A DNA stretch of 64,000 nt. It comes from Chiloscyllium plagiosum. Taxonomy: Eukaryota. The position numbers were made by a program, and so were the translations under genes. The stretch spans positions 25,211,248 through 25,275,247 of the forward strand of contig NC_057749.1 in NCBI RefSeq assembly GCF_004010195.1, given 5' to 3'. Each line of letters begins with the position of its first letter. Within the stretch, counting starts at the first letter, position 1. Below, piece after piece: positions 1-12,505 of the stretch. The notes under the pieces were generated by a model, which worked only from the letters and a program-made list of their open reading frames with translations, ran no database searches and was not told the origin of the DNA.

Positions 1-937
1 CCTGCCACCTTCAGGGTACAATGGACCTGAACACCCAGATCTCTCTGTACGTCAATTTTCCTCAGGGCTTTTCCATTTACCATATAGTTCACCCTGGATT
101 TGGACCTTCCAAAATGCATCACCTCGCATCTAACCAGATTGAACTCCATTTGACATTTCTCCGCCCAACTCTCCAATCTATCTATATTCTGCCGTAATCT
201 CTGACAGTCCCCTTTACTACCTGCTACTCCACCAATCTTAGTGTCATCTGCAAACTTGCTAATTAGACCACTTAAACCTTCCTCCAGATCACTTGTGTAT
301 ATCACAAACAACAGTGGTCCCAGCCCGGATCCCTGTGGAACACCGCTGGCCACAGTTCTCCATTTTGAGAAACTCCCTTCCAATAATACTCTCTGTCTCC
401 TGTTGCCCAGTCAGTTCTCTATCCATCTAGCTAGTACACCTTGGATCACATGCAACTTCACTTTCTCCATCAGCCTACCAAAACTTATCAAACGCCTTAC
501 TGAAGTCCATGTATATGACATCTACAGCCCTTCCCTCATCAATCAAGTTTGTCACTTCCTCAAAGAATTCTATTAAGTTGGTGAGGCGTGATCTTTCCTG
601 CACAAAATCATGTTGCCTATTGCTGATAAGCCCATTTTCTTCCAAATTGGAATGGATCCTATCCCTCAGTATATTCTCCAGCGGCTTCCCTACCACAGAC
701 GTCAAGCTCACCGGTCTATAGTTACCTGGATTATCTCCGCTATCCAAGGGGACAACATTAGTAATTCTTCAGTCCTCTGGGACCTCCCCCGTGTTTAAGG
801 ATGCTGCAAAGATATCTGTTAAGGCCCCAGCTATTTACTCTCTCGCTTCCCTCAGTAACCTGGGATAGATCCCATCTGCACCTGGGGACATGTCCACTTT
901 AATGCCTTTTCGAATACCCAACACTTCCTCTCTCCTT
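1..937 (-). mobile_element. CR1-clade LINE ORF2 (RT) fragment; resumes at about 1944-2112 after an L1 insertion
   Basis: ORF 475-747(-) contains PGNYRPVSLTSVVGK...QHDF...LTNLIEFFEEVT...AVDVIYMDFSKAFDK, typical CR1 RT motifs; frameshifted. Confidence 0.92.
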
Positions 938-1943
938 TTTTTTTGTAAATATATTTATTAGCAAATTTTTTAAAAATTTTGCAAACATATAAAATTATTG
1001 AAAAATACAATCAATAACAAATATCAGTATAATAAAAAGAAAAAAACACAAATTACAATACAACTACTGTCTACCAATTACTAACCTACTGTCTAATACA
1101 AAACAAACCCTAACTGTGCAAAGCAAAACCAAAAAAAAAGAAAGAAAAGCAAAGAAAACCCACAAAATACAGAACAGCTATGCTCGGTGCAAAGCTCCCA
1201 AATAAAGGAACAGGAGCATTGTATATACACCCGTATTAACTCAGGAGACCCCCTCCTGGGCCCAGGACTTGACAAATCTAGCCATCCTGGTTAAACAAAC
1301 GCCCTAGTTAAGACAACTGACAAATTTATTTCCAAATAACTCAAGTAAGGCTGCCATGTCTTATAAAAATGGTCTGTTGTGTGGTGTACCATGTTTGTAA
1401 AAAAGCCCAAGGGAATGTGCTCCATAATTAATTTCTGCCATCCCAGCAAGCCCGGTGGGTTCCCAGACACCCAATTCATCAGAATATTCTTCTGTGCACA
1501 GTATGCAAGAATATTAAATAGTTTCTTCCCATGTCCGTCTAAAGATGGTAAATTCGGTAGATCTAAGAGGAGAGATATTGGGTCTACTTTGACTTCAGTC
1601 CTCAATACCCTCCCTATCTCTCCCGCCACAGCGCTCCAATAAACACGGAGCCTATGGCCTGTCCAGCAGCAATGGGTAAGAGTACCTACACTTATTTTAC
1701 GTTTGGGGCACACTGAAGGTGCCCCTTTTTTAAACTCTGCCAGACAGTCTGGTGCCAGATGAGCCCTGTGCAGATCTTTTAACTGCATAGCGCATGTCCC
1801 ATTACAGATTGAGATCTTTCGAGTATTCTCCCATATATTCTACCATGATTCAGAAGACATCTCCACTCCTAGCTCTTGCTCCCAGACCTCACATAACCGG
1901 TTAATATCCTGCCAGGCCCAGCCTCCCAGCAGGCGATAGAGGG
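938..1943 (-). mobile_element. 5'-truncated L1-clade LINE (ORF2 C-terminus, 3'UTR, polyA)
   Basis: ORF 1291-1788(-) has a decayed cysteine-rich motif (CPKRKISVGTLTHCCW) followed by the L1 C-terminal W-rich pattern; minus strand ends AATAAA...A-tail at about 938-959; 15-bp TSD acttcctctctcctt (923-937) / acttcctgtctcctt (1944-1958). Confidence 0.88.
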
Positions 1944-2112
1944 ACTTCCTGTCTCCTTATGCCGACTTGACCTAGAGTAATCAAATATCTATCCCTAAAC
2001 TCAACATCCGTCATGTCCCTCTCTCCTGTACTCATTAAGAATCTCACCCATTTTCTCTGCCTCCACACATATCTTTCCTCCTTTGTCCTTGAGTAGGCCA
2101 ACCCTTTCCCTA

Positions 2113-2215
2113 GGAGACAGTGAAGTCTGCAGAAGCTGGAGATCAGAGTTGAGAGTGTGTTGCTGGAAAAGCACAGCAGGTTAAGCAGCATCCGAGGAGA
2201 AGGAAAATCAACGTA
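2113..2215 (-). mobile_element. Penelope-like terminal repeat fragment (family A)
   Basis: Matches the recurrent unit gatgctgcctgacctgctgtgcttttccagca...gatctccagcatctgcag in reverse. Confidence 0.7.
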
Positions 2216-2452
2216 TTCATGCAGAGGGTGGTATGTGTATGGAATGAGCTTCCAGAAGAAGTGGTGGAGGCTGGTACAATTACAGCATTTAAAATGGATT
2301 TGGATGGGTATATGAATAGGAAGGGTTTGGAGGGAGATGGGCCGGGTGCTGGCAGGTGGGACTAGATTGGATTAGGATATCTGGTTGGCATGGACGGGTT
2401 AGACTGAAGGGTCTGTTGCCGTGCTGTACATCTCCATGACTCTGTGACTCTG
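2216..2452 (+). mobile_element. HER1/CR1 LINE 3' end
   Basis: cagagggtggt...tggaatgagctgccaga...gctgtacatctc followed by a (tgactct)n tail, identical in form to longer copies in the window. Confidence 0.85.
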
Positions 2453-2732
2453 TTTCCACCATCTTTTCTGGAAGAGCATTCCAAAGACTCAAGAGCAACT
2501 GAGAGAAACAAAATCTCTGTTTTCAATGGGTCACCTCTGATTTTCTTAAACAGTGACCCTCTCATTCTACATTCTCCCATTAGAGGGAAGTCACTTTCCT
2601 CCCTCTCAAGACTCCTTCAGAGTCTGACGTTTTAATCAACTTGTCGCTTCCTGTTCTAAACCCCAGCAGGTACAAGTCTAGGCTGTCTAACCTCTCCTCA
2701 TAAGATGACCCACACCTGCCAGGTATTGATAG

Positions 2733-3062
2733 CAGCACGGTGGCTCAGTGGTTAGCACTGCAGCCTCACAACGCCAGGGACCTGGGTTCGATTCCTGCCT
2801 CAGGCGACTGCCTGTGTAGAGTTTGCATGTTCTCCCCGTGTCTGCGTGGGTTTCCTCCGGGTACTCCGGTTTCCTCCCACTATCCAAAGATGTGCAGGTT
2901 AGGTGAATTGGCCATGCTAAATTGCCTGTAGTGTTAGGTGTATTAGTCAAGGGTAAATATAGGGTAGGGGAATGGGTCTGGGTGGGTTAACTCTCCGGAG
3001 GGTCAGTGTGGACTTGTTGGGCCAAAGGGCCCGTTTCCATGCTGTAGGGAATCAAATCTAAA
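2733..3062 (+). mobile_element. HE1-type tRNA-derived V-SINE
   Basis: A box tggctcagtgg, B box ggttcgattcc, central gtttgcatgttctccccgtgtctgcgtgggtttcctccggg domain, CR1-like tail gggcc...tttcca...aatcta. Confidence 0.9.
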
Positions 3063-3947
3063 TGCTGATAGAGCTGCTGATGTTGTAAATCAGAAATTGC
3101 TGGAAAAGCTCAGCATCTGTGGAGAGAAATCAGAGTTTATATTTCAGGTTGAGTGAACCTTCCAGGTATTCGTTCCCCTCAGAGCATGAACAATTTGAAG
3201 CAGCAAATAATGTGGATTTATTCTCCTGTGGTATTGTATGTTTATCACTTGTCAATTAGGAAAAAAGAATGGAGCTTACAAGTGCTCCAAACCCATGATC
3301 TTTATCATCTAGAACGATGAGGGCAGCACAGAACTGGAATGCCACCCCCTGCAAGTTCCCCTTCAAGCCACTCACCATCCTGACTTGGAAATATATCATC
3401 ATTCCTTCACTGTTAGTGGGTTAAAATTGTGGAACTCTCTTCACAACAGCACTGTGGATCTACTTATACCAATGAACTGTCGAGATTCAAGAAGACAGGT
3501 CACCATTATCTTCTCCAGGACAAGTAGAAATGAACAACAAATGCTCGCCTATCCGACACCGTCCATATCTTACGTAAGAATTATAAGAAATAAAGTAACT
3601 ATGCTCTTCCTTCTGTCTTAAAGAGTATGTTGTAGATAAAGTCTAGTGTGAGTTTATGAAAAGGATACACTTTGAGTGGAGTGGGAAGAATAGATACATT
3701 GTAGGACACTGTTAAGAGGAATAGCAAGATCTCTTTCAAAGATACTGGTAAATTTTCTTGCCAATAGTACTTGCTCTGTCTTTCTCAATGTTTAGGTTGT
3801 TACTACGATGTCAGAGTGGGCCGAAGGGCCTGTTCTGTGCTGTATTGTTCTAGTGCTTGTCCAAATTCCAACACGAGATGAGTTTTAATTTTCTCTCGAT
3901 GCATATGAGGAAGAGTACTGATTGCACCCTGCTCCCAGTCACTGTCT

Positions 3948-4441
3948 AGATTAGATTACATTACAGTGTGGAAACAAGCCCTTCGGCCCAACAAGTCCAC
4001 ACCGACCCACCGAAGCGCAACCTGCCTGACCTGCTGTGCTGTTCCAGCAATAAAGTTTCAACTTTGATCTCCAGCATCTGCAGACCTCACTTTCTCCTCG
4101 AAGATTTCAACCTACTGCGAATCCTCTTACAAGGATGCCTTCCTTGAAGAAGCTCTCTGTTTCCTGAAGAAGGGCCTGTGCCCGAAACGTCGAATCTCCT
4201 GTTCCCTGGATGCTGCCTGACCTGCTGCGCTGTTCCAGCAATAAAGTTTCAGCATGGCCAATTCACCTGATCTGCACATCTTTGGACTGTGGGAGGAAAC
4301 CGGAGCACCCGGAGGAAACCCACGCAGACACGGGGAGAACGTGCAAACTCCACACAGTCAGTCGCCTGAGGCGGGAATTGAATCCGGGTCTCTGGCGCTG
4401 TGAGGCAGTAGTGCTAACCACTGTGCCACCGTGCCGCCCAC
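3948..4441 (-). mobile_element. HE1-type SINE interrupted by a PLE mini-unit (4021-4251)
   Basis: Reverse HE1 tail (tagattagatt...ggaaacaagccc) and head (gccaccgtgccgccc) flank the insert. Confidence 0.88.
4161..4195 (+). ncRNA. Minimal hammerhead ribozyme motif, PLE family A, intact core
   Basis: CTGAAGA(4164-4170)-A-GGGC-ctgt-GCCC-GAAA-CGTC; short stem I ttc/gaa; palindromic ACGT in place of helix III. Confidence 0.75.
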
Positions 4442-7099
4442 TCTAAAACTGAGCCAGAATAGTATGACCCTGAAATGAGCTTCTAACTTCTTATTCTACC
4501 CTTCCTACAAAAGGTCCTACCTCTAAAATGTCACTTACTCCATCACTCCAACCGTGCACCCATGATTCCCATACTCTGTTATCTTAATGCTTTTCTGTCT
4601 GCACTCAACTTCCACACTCTAGGACCTCAAGTCCAGTCCAAATTGGAATGCAGAACCTTGGAGCAGGAGTAGGCCATTGGGCCCTTCCAACTTGCACTAT
4701 CATTCAATAAGATGTGGTTGTGGTCTGAAATCCATTCCTCATCCGTGCCACCCACGCCATAATTCTTTACTACCAAAGATTGTTGTATCTCTCCTTCCCA
4801 TTTCCATGTTGTACCAAGTCTCACTCACTTATTCCTAATCTACATTGACTTGTAGTTCCACAATTATCCAAATTTGGAATCCTTGCAATTTTTTCCTCCA
4901 TCTTTGTAACCTCCTGTAACATCCTCAGGTCTCTGAGTCCACTCAGCTTCACATCTTCCTGTTTCTTCCTTGTGTCTCCTCTTTAGTGTTCCCTCTGAAG
5001 GGTCCTACACTTCAGGTTTGGTTCACCCTCCTTATCCTTCCCTCTTTCGCTAAGCACCCCTTTATTGCTTCTTTGAGCACTTCTCTCTTTCAGGAGCTTG
5101 TCAGGATGGGGTCTCTACACAGCGAGGGAGGGCAACATCTTCAGCATGGGATGAGGGAGCGGGTGCAAATGCAATGCTATAGGCTACTTTAGAAACATGA
5201 GGCATCTGCCAGTCACTTGGCAGTGTTGCCAAGAGTCCTTTTCATCACAGCTACACAACATTTGACCCATCTAATCAAAAGGGCTGATTTAAAGCATGCT
5301 TTCAAATAACACTGAAGATCAAAGTGGTGGAGGCTGGTACAATCACAGCATTTAAAAGGCATCTTGATGGGTACATAGATAGGAACGATTATATGGGGAT
5401 TATAAGAGGGGTATGGGCCGAATGCTGGCAAACGGGGACTAGATTAATTTAGGATATCTGGTCGGCATGGACGAGTTGGACCGAAGGGTCTGTTTCCCTG
5501 CTGTACAGCCTGATGGCTCTATGACTTTGACTCATCAATGAGACCCACGTCCAGCCATTCCCACTTCACTGAATGCTCCTTTGGTTTTGGAGACAATGAT
5601 ATTGTAAACGAAGCACTGGAGCTCATTTCTACAGGGAAAGAATTAAGGATGTGTCGAATCCTGGTTAGATCATACTTAGAATACTGTGCACAGTCCTGGT
5701 CACCAGATTACACAAAGGGCAGCTAAAGGCACTGGAGAAAGTGCAAAAAAGTTTGAAGCCAGAACAGTGATCATAGAATCCCCACATTGTGGAAGCAGAC
5801 CATTCATCCCATTGAGTCCACACTGACTCTTTGAAAAGCATACCACCTCCTGCTCTATCCCTGTAACCTTGCATTTCCCATGGCTAATCCACCTAACCTG
5901 CACATCCCTGGACACTAAAGGTAATTTAGCATGGCTAATATACCAATCTCCAAATCTTTGGATTGTGAGAGTAAACCAAAGCACCCAAAGGAAACCCACA
6001 CAGACACAGGGAGAATGTGCAAACTCCACACAGTCACCCAAGAGTGGGATCGAACTTGGGTCCCTGCTGCTGGGACGTAGCAGTGCTAACCACTGAGCCA
6101 TTATGCTGCCTTGGACAGCCGGAGGCAATAGAAAAATACTAAATGGAAGGTTTTCTTCAATAGCATTTATGTTGCAACATTATATTTTAGATTGGATTTA
6201 CTTGTCACCCAAGGCCTTCTGTATTAATATATTAATCTCTGCGCAAGATAATTGTTATGTACTAGTAGTTATAGACTGCAAGAACAAATGCCTGTATTCT
6301 TGCACTTGGTCCTTTGTAAGGGGATAACTTAACTCCCAACACGTATCAGTAGAACCTTTATAATGTCAAGACTTGAAAATTGATATATTGGAGCCAGAAA
6401 GCTTTCAGAAACAACCTTGGAGAAAATAAGCTAATTACCATTGAAAAAGCCATAAAATGAATTAAATTGAGAAAGGCTCATGAGATAGAGAGGCAGATTG
6501 CCCACAAATGTCTGGGTTGAACTCTTGCCAGTGTTGAAACTGTGAAGATTCCATCATAAATGTCTGCTCTGGGTAAACAGCAAAACAATGACAGTCACGA
6601 CTTTGTTTGGAATGAATAAGACAGATAAGGAGAATAGTCTCAAATGGTAGATGGAAGGGTGCATATCTCTGCAGGTGTCTGTTTAAACAGGCTGACCAAT
6701 GGTTGTGAGGCTGTAGCCCTCCAAATTTACTGGTACAAGTCAAAGATAAAATCTCAGGTCAAACTGAGTGACTGTGAGTGTGGATTAAGTGTAACAGTTA
6801 TGCTTATGCCAACTAATCTCGACGCAAGACAGAGGGATGTTGTTTTCCAGGGTTTGGTATTGTCCATATGAGTTACATTGACATTCAGAGTTTGACGTTA
6901 TAAATGTAACCACTTCACTCCCTTAACTAGAGTGACATTTTGAAGATTGAACTCCATTTTGCCTTACTTTAGGTTGAACAGAACATGTTCCTGCATCTCA
7001 CACATTGACTCTTAAAACATTATATATACGCACAGCACAGAGATTAGTCCAGTGAGCAGGTAAGGTGAACAGATGTAGTCTGTTAAAAAACACACATCA

Positions 7100-7530
7100 T
7101 CACTAAAGAGCAGTACTCCAAAGGCTAGTGCTTCCAAATAAACTTAGTTAAAAAATCACACAACACCAGGTTACAGTCCAAACAGGTTTAATTGGTGCTT
7201 CCAATGTTGTGTGATTTTTAACTTTGTGCACCCTAGTCCAACACCGGCATCTCCAAATCATGCCAAATAAACCTGTCTGACTATAACCTGCTGTTGTGTG
7301 ATTTTTATCTTTGTCGAGAGTGCGTTGCTGGAAAAGCACAGCAGGTCAAGCACCCTTGATGAAGGCTTTGGCCCGAGACGTTGATTCTCCCGCTCCTCGG
7401 ATGCTGCCTGACCTGCTGTGCTTTTCCAGCAACACACTCTCGACTCTGATCTCCAGCATCTGCAGACCTCACTGTCTTCTGATTTTTATCTTCGTCCATC
7501 CCAGTCCAACACCAGCTTCTCCAAAAGATG
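7100..7530. mobile_element. Cluster of nested/inverted PLE terminal units (families B and A)
   Basis: gctagtgcttccaaataaac...gttgtgtgatttttaactttgt...ccagtccaacaccggcatctcc units in both orientations; family A unit about 7314-7478 with flanking repeat tgatttttatctt. Confidence 0.7.
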
Positions 7531-7751
7531 TATTCTGGAGGAAGCTAAATGAAGGGGACAGTGATAGGAGGATAGGCTCACGGATTAAGCCAAGAGGATG
7601 GGGAGGAGGTTTGTATGGAGCACAAGGTTTGACCTTGACCAACTGGGCTGACCATAGAACCCTGACAGTGCAGAAAGAAAGAGGCCATTCAACCCATTGA
7701 GACAACACTGACCCTCTGAACAGCTTCCCATCCAGACTCACCTCCACCCTA

Positions 7752-8278
7752 TACAGTCAGTTCTGGGTGGCACGGTGGCTCAGCAGTTAGCACTGTTGCC
7801 TCACAGCACCAGGGACCCAGGTTCGATTCCAGCCTCGGGCAACTGTTTGTGTGGAGTTTGCACATTGTCTACGTGGGTTTCCTCCCACAGTCCAAAGATG
7901 TGGAAATTAGGTAGATTGGCCATGTTAAATTGCCCATCGTGTTCAGGGATGTGTAGGTTAGGTGTATTAGTTAGGGGTAAATGTAGAGTAATAGGGTAGG
8001 GGATTGGGTCTGGGTGGGTTACTCTTCGGAGTGTCAGTGTAGACTTGAAGGGCCCATTTCCAACTGTAGGAATTCTGTGATAGATCCATTCCCATATAAT
8101 ACCGTGTTATAAGAATATTGTGTAATAGCAGCACCATTTAAATGAATGGGATCTGAATTGTGTTACAGCCAATAGAGGTAAGGAAAGTTCACATTTGACA
8201 AATAACAGTCTAAATTCTTCAATCATGTTATAGCCAATTCACTTTGAAGAAATATGCGTTATAGCAAAACCGACTGTA
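7752..8278. mobile_element. Tigger/pogo-like MITE split by an HE1 SINE (7765-8075, +)
   Basis: Left end tacagtcagttct, right end gttatagcaaaaccgactgta (inverted termini, TA flanks). Confidence 0.6.
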
Positions 8279-8350
8279 CCCACAAACCCACATTTAGCAT
8301 GGTCAGTCCACCTAACCTGAGTATCTTTGGACTGTGGGAGAAGTCTGTGT

Positions 8351-8672
8351 GGGCGGCACGGTGGCCCAGTGGTTAGCACTGCTGCCTCACAGCGCCAGAA
8401 ACCCAGGTTTAATTCCCGCCTCAGGCAACTGTCTGTGTGGAGTTTGCACATTCTCCCCGTGTCTGCGTGGATTTCCCCCAGGTGCTCCGGTTTCCTCCCA
8501 CAGTCCGAAAATGTGCAGGTTAGATGAATTGGCCGAGCTAAATTGCCCATAGTGTTAGGTGAAGGGGTAAATGTAGGGAAATGGGTCTGGGTGGGTTACG
8601 CTTCGGCGGGGCGGTGTGGACTTGTTGGGCCGAAGGGCCTGTTTCCACACTGTAAGTAATCTAATCTAAAAA
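8351..8672 (+). mobile_element. HE1-type SINE, young
   Basis: gggcggcacggtggc head, CpG-rich, (taatc)n tail. Confidence 0.9.
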
Positions 8673-9184
8673 AAAGTCCTGCGCAGACCCGGGGAGAATG
8701 TGCAAACTACACGGTCTCACACACACACACACACACACACACATTCATCCGAGGTTGGAATCAAACCTGGGGTCCCTGGAGCTATGGGGGAGGATGCTGC
8801 CCAGCTCTAGAAATGTTATCACACACACCTGAATGGCTTTTCCCCTCCACCGAGTCACCTGTGGCATTTTATCATCTCGTAACTACTGCTGCTAAATCAT
8901 CTGTGTTTTCCATTTTATCACATTCTGTGCAATGTCTGACAAGGCCAAAAGCTCTGCTCTTAAACACCAAGCTCAATGGTCATTAATATTCACAAGCAGT
9001 TCTGGAGCTCTCCCCGACAAAAAGAACTATATTTCCAACACTAAGATCCCACACGGTGTGGGGTTCCCTTGAGCGTGTTGGTGAGATCCAGTAATCCACA
9101 AGGACAATCCAATACCCAGGCAATAATTTAATGAGTCTGGAGAAATAACATGATTTAAACCAAGGCAAGAAATCTAAAGTAGGT

Positions 9185-9530
9185 ACCTATATACTTGTGT
9201 AAAAGTCAAATTTTTTGACTATTTTTAAGGTTAGATTTATGGGGTTAACTATTACGTGGATACTACTTTTGAGGAGCTGAAATTAATACTTCAGTCCAAA
9301 ATACTGTTCCATTAGCAGAAGCCCAGTTGATCTCTTAATGAATAAAAAAAAACAATGAATTGTGGGAACATGACAATTCTAGGAGTGCTACAGGGGAACT
9401 GAGCTCAGCTCAGCTGCACACAAAGGGAGCTTGTCATCTGACTCTGACCTGATGTGTCTTAAACTTTCACTCCAAAATTGGTGCGAATTGTACATCAAAA
9501 CACATAACAGCACAAAAAAAAGAATTAATT
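9185..9530 (+). mobile_element. Degenerate Tc1/mariner-type MITE fragment homologous to 57592-58029
   Basis: Shares atttatgggg...actattac.tggata..ctacttttgagg.gctgaaatt with the 57.6-kb copy. Confidence 0.6.
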
Positions 9531-9879
9531 TCCTCATCGTGACATTTTTCAGATTAGATTAGTTTCCCTACAGTGTGGAAACAGGCCCTTCAGCTCAGCA
9601 AATCTACATTGACCCTCCAAAGAGTAACCCACCCAGACTAATTTTCATCTGATTAATGCACCTAACACAATGGGCAATTTAGCATGGCCAATTCACCTGA
9701 CCTGCACATCTTTTGGAATGTGGAAGGAAACTGAAGCAAACTCCACACAGACATGGGGAGAATGTGCAAACTCCACACAGACATATACTCAAGTAAAATT
9801 TAATCTCATGAAAAGGTTGATCCCCAAATTTGGCGTTATGTTGCCTGCGACTCTTTACAACAATCAGCCCAATGTCATA

Positions 9880-10384
9880 GACTCGGACCACGTTAAAATG
9901 GACTCCCAGCCCAACTGTTTATTCAGTGGAGCCCATGTGTACTTTGGCTGCAGGAGATTGCACCCGCGTTTTAGTCATGTGTCGAGTTTATTATTATGCT
10001 TTTGATTGCACTTTGGCCCCAGGCTTTAGGTACCCATTGTGGGCGGGTTGTGGGATTGGTGCAAGTCGGAGGATCTCCTTATTGACTTTCCTGGGTCTGA
10101 CCAAAGTAACCATCAATAGGTCCAGGCAGTGACTCATGGAGGGGGGTGCACACCCCATGTTCGTGCCATGGATGCCCTTGGAAAAGCAGCATATGATGTC
10201 CACCCTCAAGGCTTTAGAGAGGTGGGCACCGTGGGAGTGAGAGGGTAATTTAGTCCCATCCCCTGTTTACCCCACCCTTTTTGTTTTACATTATTGTGAC
10301 ACTACCCCTAGTCAGCAGCATTTGTCACTTGTTCACTCATCGCTGGAGTGGTTTGATGGTGAGTTTTTCAAGATAAAATAAAAA
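9880..10384 (+). mobile_element. Tx1-like (L1 clade) retrotransposon 3' fragment
   Basis: Broken frames read NCLFSG.HVYFGCRRLHP.FS..LLLCF and LLTFLGLTKVTINRSRQ; A-rich end aagataaaataaaaa. Confidence 0.7.
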
Positions 10385-11339
10385 GCTGATTTTCAGTAAT
10401 GAGGGGGGAATGGGGAGTGCTTTCTGGGCAGGGAAAGGATCCAGAAGGAATGGTGGAAACTGGTGTTTATTTTGAATCACAAATTCACCGTAAAACCTTT
10501 GTAAGTCTCTGAGAGGATTTTACTACCTAACTCAACATGGAGTATCAGTCTATTTATGTACATGCTTACCTGGTATAGCCTCATGTGACTCTAAGCCCAC
10601 AGTAATGTGGTTGATTCTTAACTGCCCTCTGGGGAATTAGGGAAGGACAATAAATGCTACCCAGCTATTCCCATGAATGATTTTTTTTAAAAATGTGAGA
10701 AACCCATATTGGTTTTTCCCAGAATGGCTAATTAATGGCCAGAAAGAGGGGATGGGTGGCATTCACTGTCCATTTAAGGATGGAGGGCAGTTTCTTGAAG
10801 CTGAAGGGCTAATCATTGAGATTTGAAAGAAGCAGCAGAAGCCATGCCAGGGCAGGTGAGCTGCGAGAGGATGCTTCAAGATGGAAGTGCGATTTTGTCA
10901 AATGGAGCATTGGATTTTGGGAAATGACACTCAATCTGGTGTCTGATATGCTGCCTCCATTCCCTGCCCTACCTCTCCAGGTGCTTCATAAAGCACATGA
11001 GTCAACAGAACAGGATTTGCCAATTCTGGTTGGGTATTTTCAAAATGGTTTCATCATAATGACCTCTGACCTTACACCACCGTGCACTCCAATGATTGGG
11101 AAATCCATTGACATTTCCATCTACATTATCCGTCCAGGCCAAATGAACAATTTCCAGGCCATCGTTATCCTTGGCCAAGCTGCCTTCCTCAATCGGATTA
11201 AAACTACTAAACAGAAATTCAAAAGGAATCAAAAACAATGTTTGTTATTTAATGGCCCATCCATTTTTCTGACATTAAAGTTGCTGTAGTCTCTGTGAGT
11301 GACAAGTTGGAAACCCTCAGTCAAGACTAAAACAAAATA

Positions 11340-11480
11340 GAGAAGTGGATGCTTGAAAATAATAAACAGAAATCACTGAAGGAGTTCTGATGAATAGTCA
11401 CCGGACTCAAAACATTAACTCTGCTTTCTTCCCACAGATGCTGCCAGGCCTGCTGAGTTTCTCTAATTATTTCTGTTTTT
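11340..11480 (+). mobile_element. PLE terminal unit, family C, with decayed hammerhead
   Basis: gttCTGATGAatagtcaccggactcAAAAcattaac followed by cacagatgctgccaggcctgctgagttt. Confidence 0.65.
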
Positions 11481-11544
11481 AACTAAGTCAGGGCTGGTTC
11501 TCTTGAACAGTTGTAGGCTCAAATATTTCAAGTAAACTCTGGAT

Positions 11545-11792
11545 GCACATGCACACACACATGCACATACACACACACATACACATGCACATACAAACAC
11601 ACATATGCACATATACACACACACAGACAAGTAAACACACACATACACGGACACATACACACACAGAGACACACACATGCACACAGACACACACACACAT
11701 ACAAACACACACGCATGCACACATATACTGTACATACACACAGACATACACACACACTCAAATGCACATGCACATACATGCACACGCATGCA
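11545..11792. repeat. Degenerate (CA)n/(CACATG) microsatellite
   Basis: Directly visible low-complexity tract. Confidence 0.95.
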
Positions 11793-12505
11793 TGTTGCTG
11801 AACAAAGCGATCTTGGAGTGTGGATTCATAGCTCCTAGAAAATGGAGTTGCAGGTAAACAGGATAGTGAAGGTGGCGGTTGGTATGCTTACCTTTATTGT
11901 TCAGTGCACTGAGTACAGGAGTTGGAACATCATGTTGTGGCTGTACAGGACATTGGTTAGGCCATGTTAAAGTAATGCATGCAATTCTGGGCTCCATAGG
12001 GAGGACGTTGAGAAACTTGAAAGGGTTCAGAAAAGATTTACAAGGATGTTTCCAGGATTGGAGGATTTGAGCTGTCAGGAGATGCTGAATAGATGGGGCT
12101 ATTTTCCCTAGAGAATCAAAGGCTGAGGGATGACCTTATAGAGATTAATAAAATCATGAGGGGCATGGATAGGGTGAATAGCCATGGTCTTATCCCCAGG
12201 GTAGGGAAGTCCAAAACTAGTGGGCATTCAGGTGAGAGGGGAAAGATTTAAAAGGATCCTAAGGGCACCTTTTTCACACAGAGGGTGGTGTGTGTATGGA
12301 ACAGGCTGCCAGAGGAAGTGGTGGAGGCTGGTACAATTACAACATTTAAAAGGTATTTAAGTGGATATATGAATAAGGAAGGTTTAGATGGATATGAACC
12401 AAATGCTGACAAGTGGGACTATAATTCAGTATATCTGGTCGGCAGGGATGAGTTGGACTGAAGGGTCTGTTTCAATACTGTACATCTCTGTGACTCTATG
12501 TCTCT
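11793..12505 (+). mobile_element. HER1/CR1 LINE 3' fragment
   Basis: Decayed copy of the ORF2 C-terminus seen at 32617-33171, plus 3' tail. Confidence 0.88.

Noticed and set aside
2733..2805. tRNA-like A and B boxes
   Set aside because: SINE head continuing into the SINE body; no complete tRNA gene recognised anywhere in the window
6973..7059. Plus-strand exon-like segment with good splice sites
   Set aside because: Stops in all three frames; could only be non-coding, and nothing else supports it
10972..11010. Cys-TGA in frame, suggesting selenocysteine
   Set aside because: No SECIS element or selenoprotein similarity seen
11463..11857. Overlapping VC-rich and HT-rich ORFs
   Set aside because: Translations of a CA microsatellite
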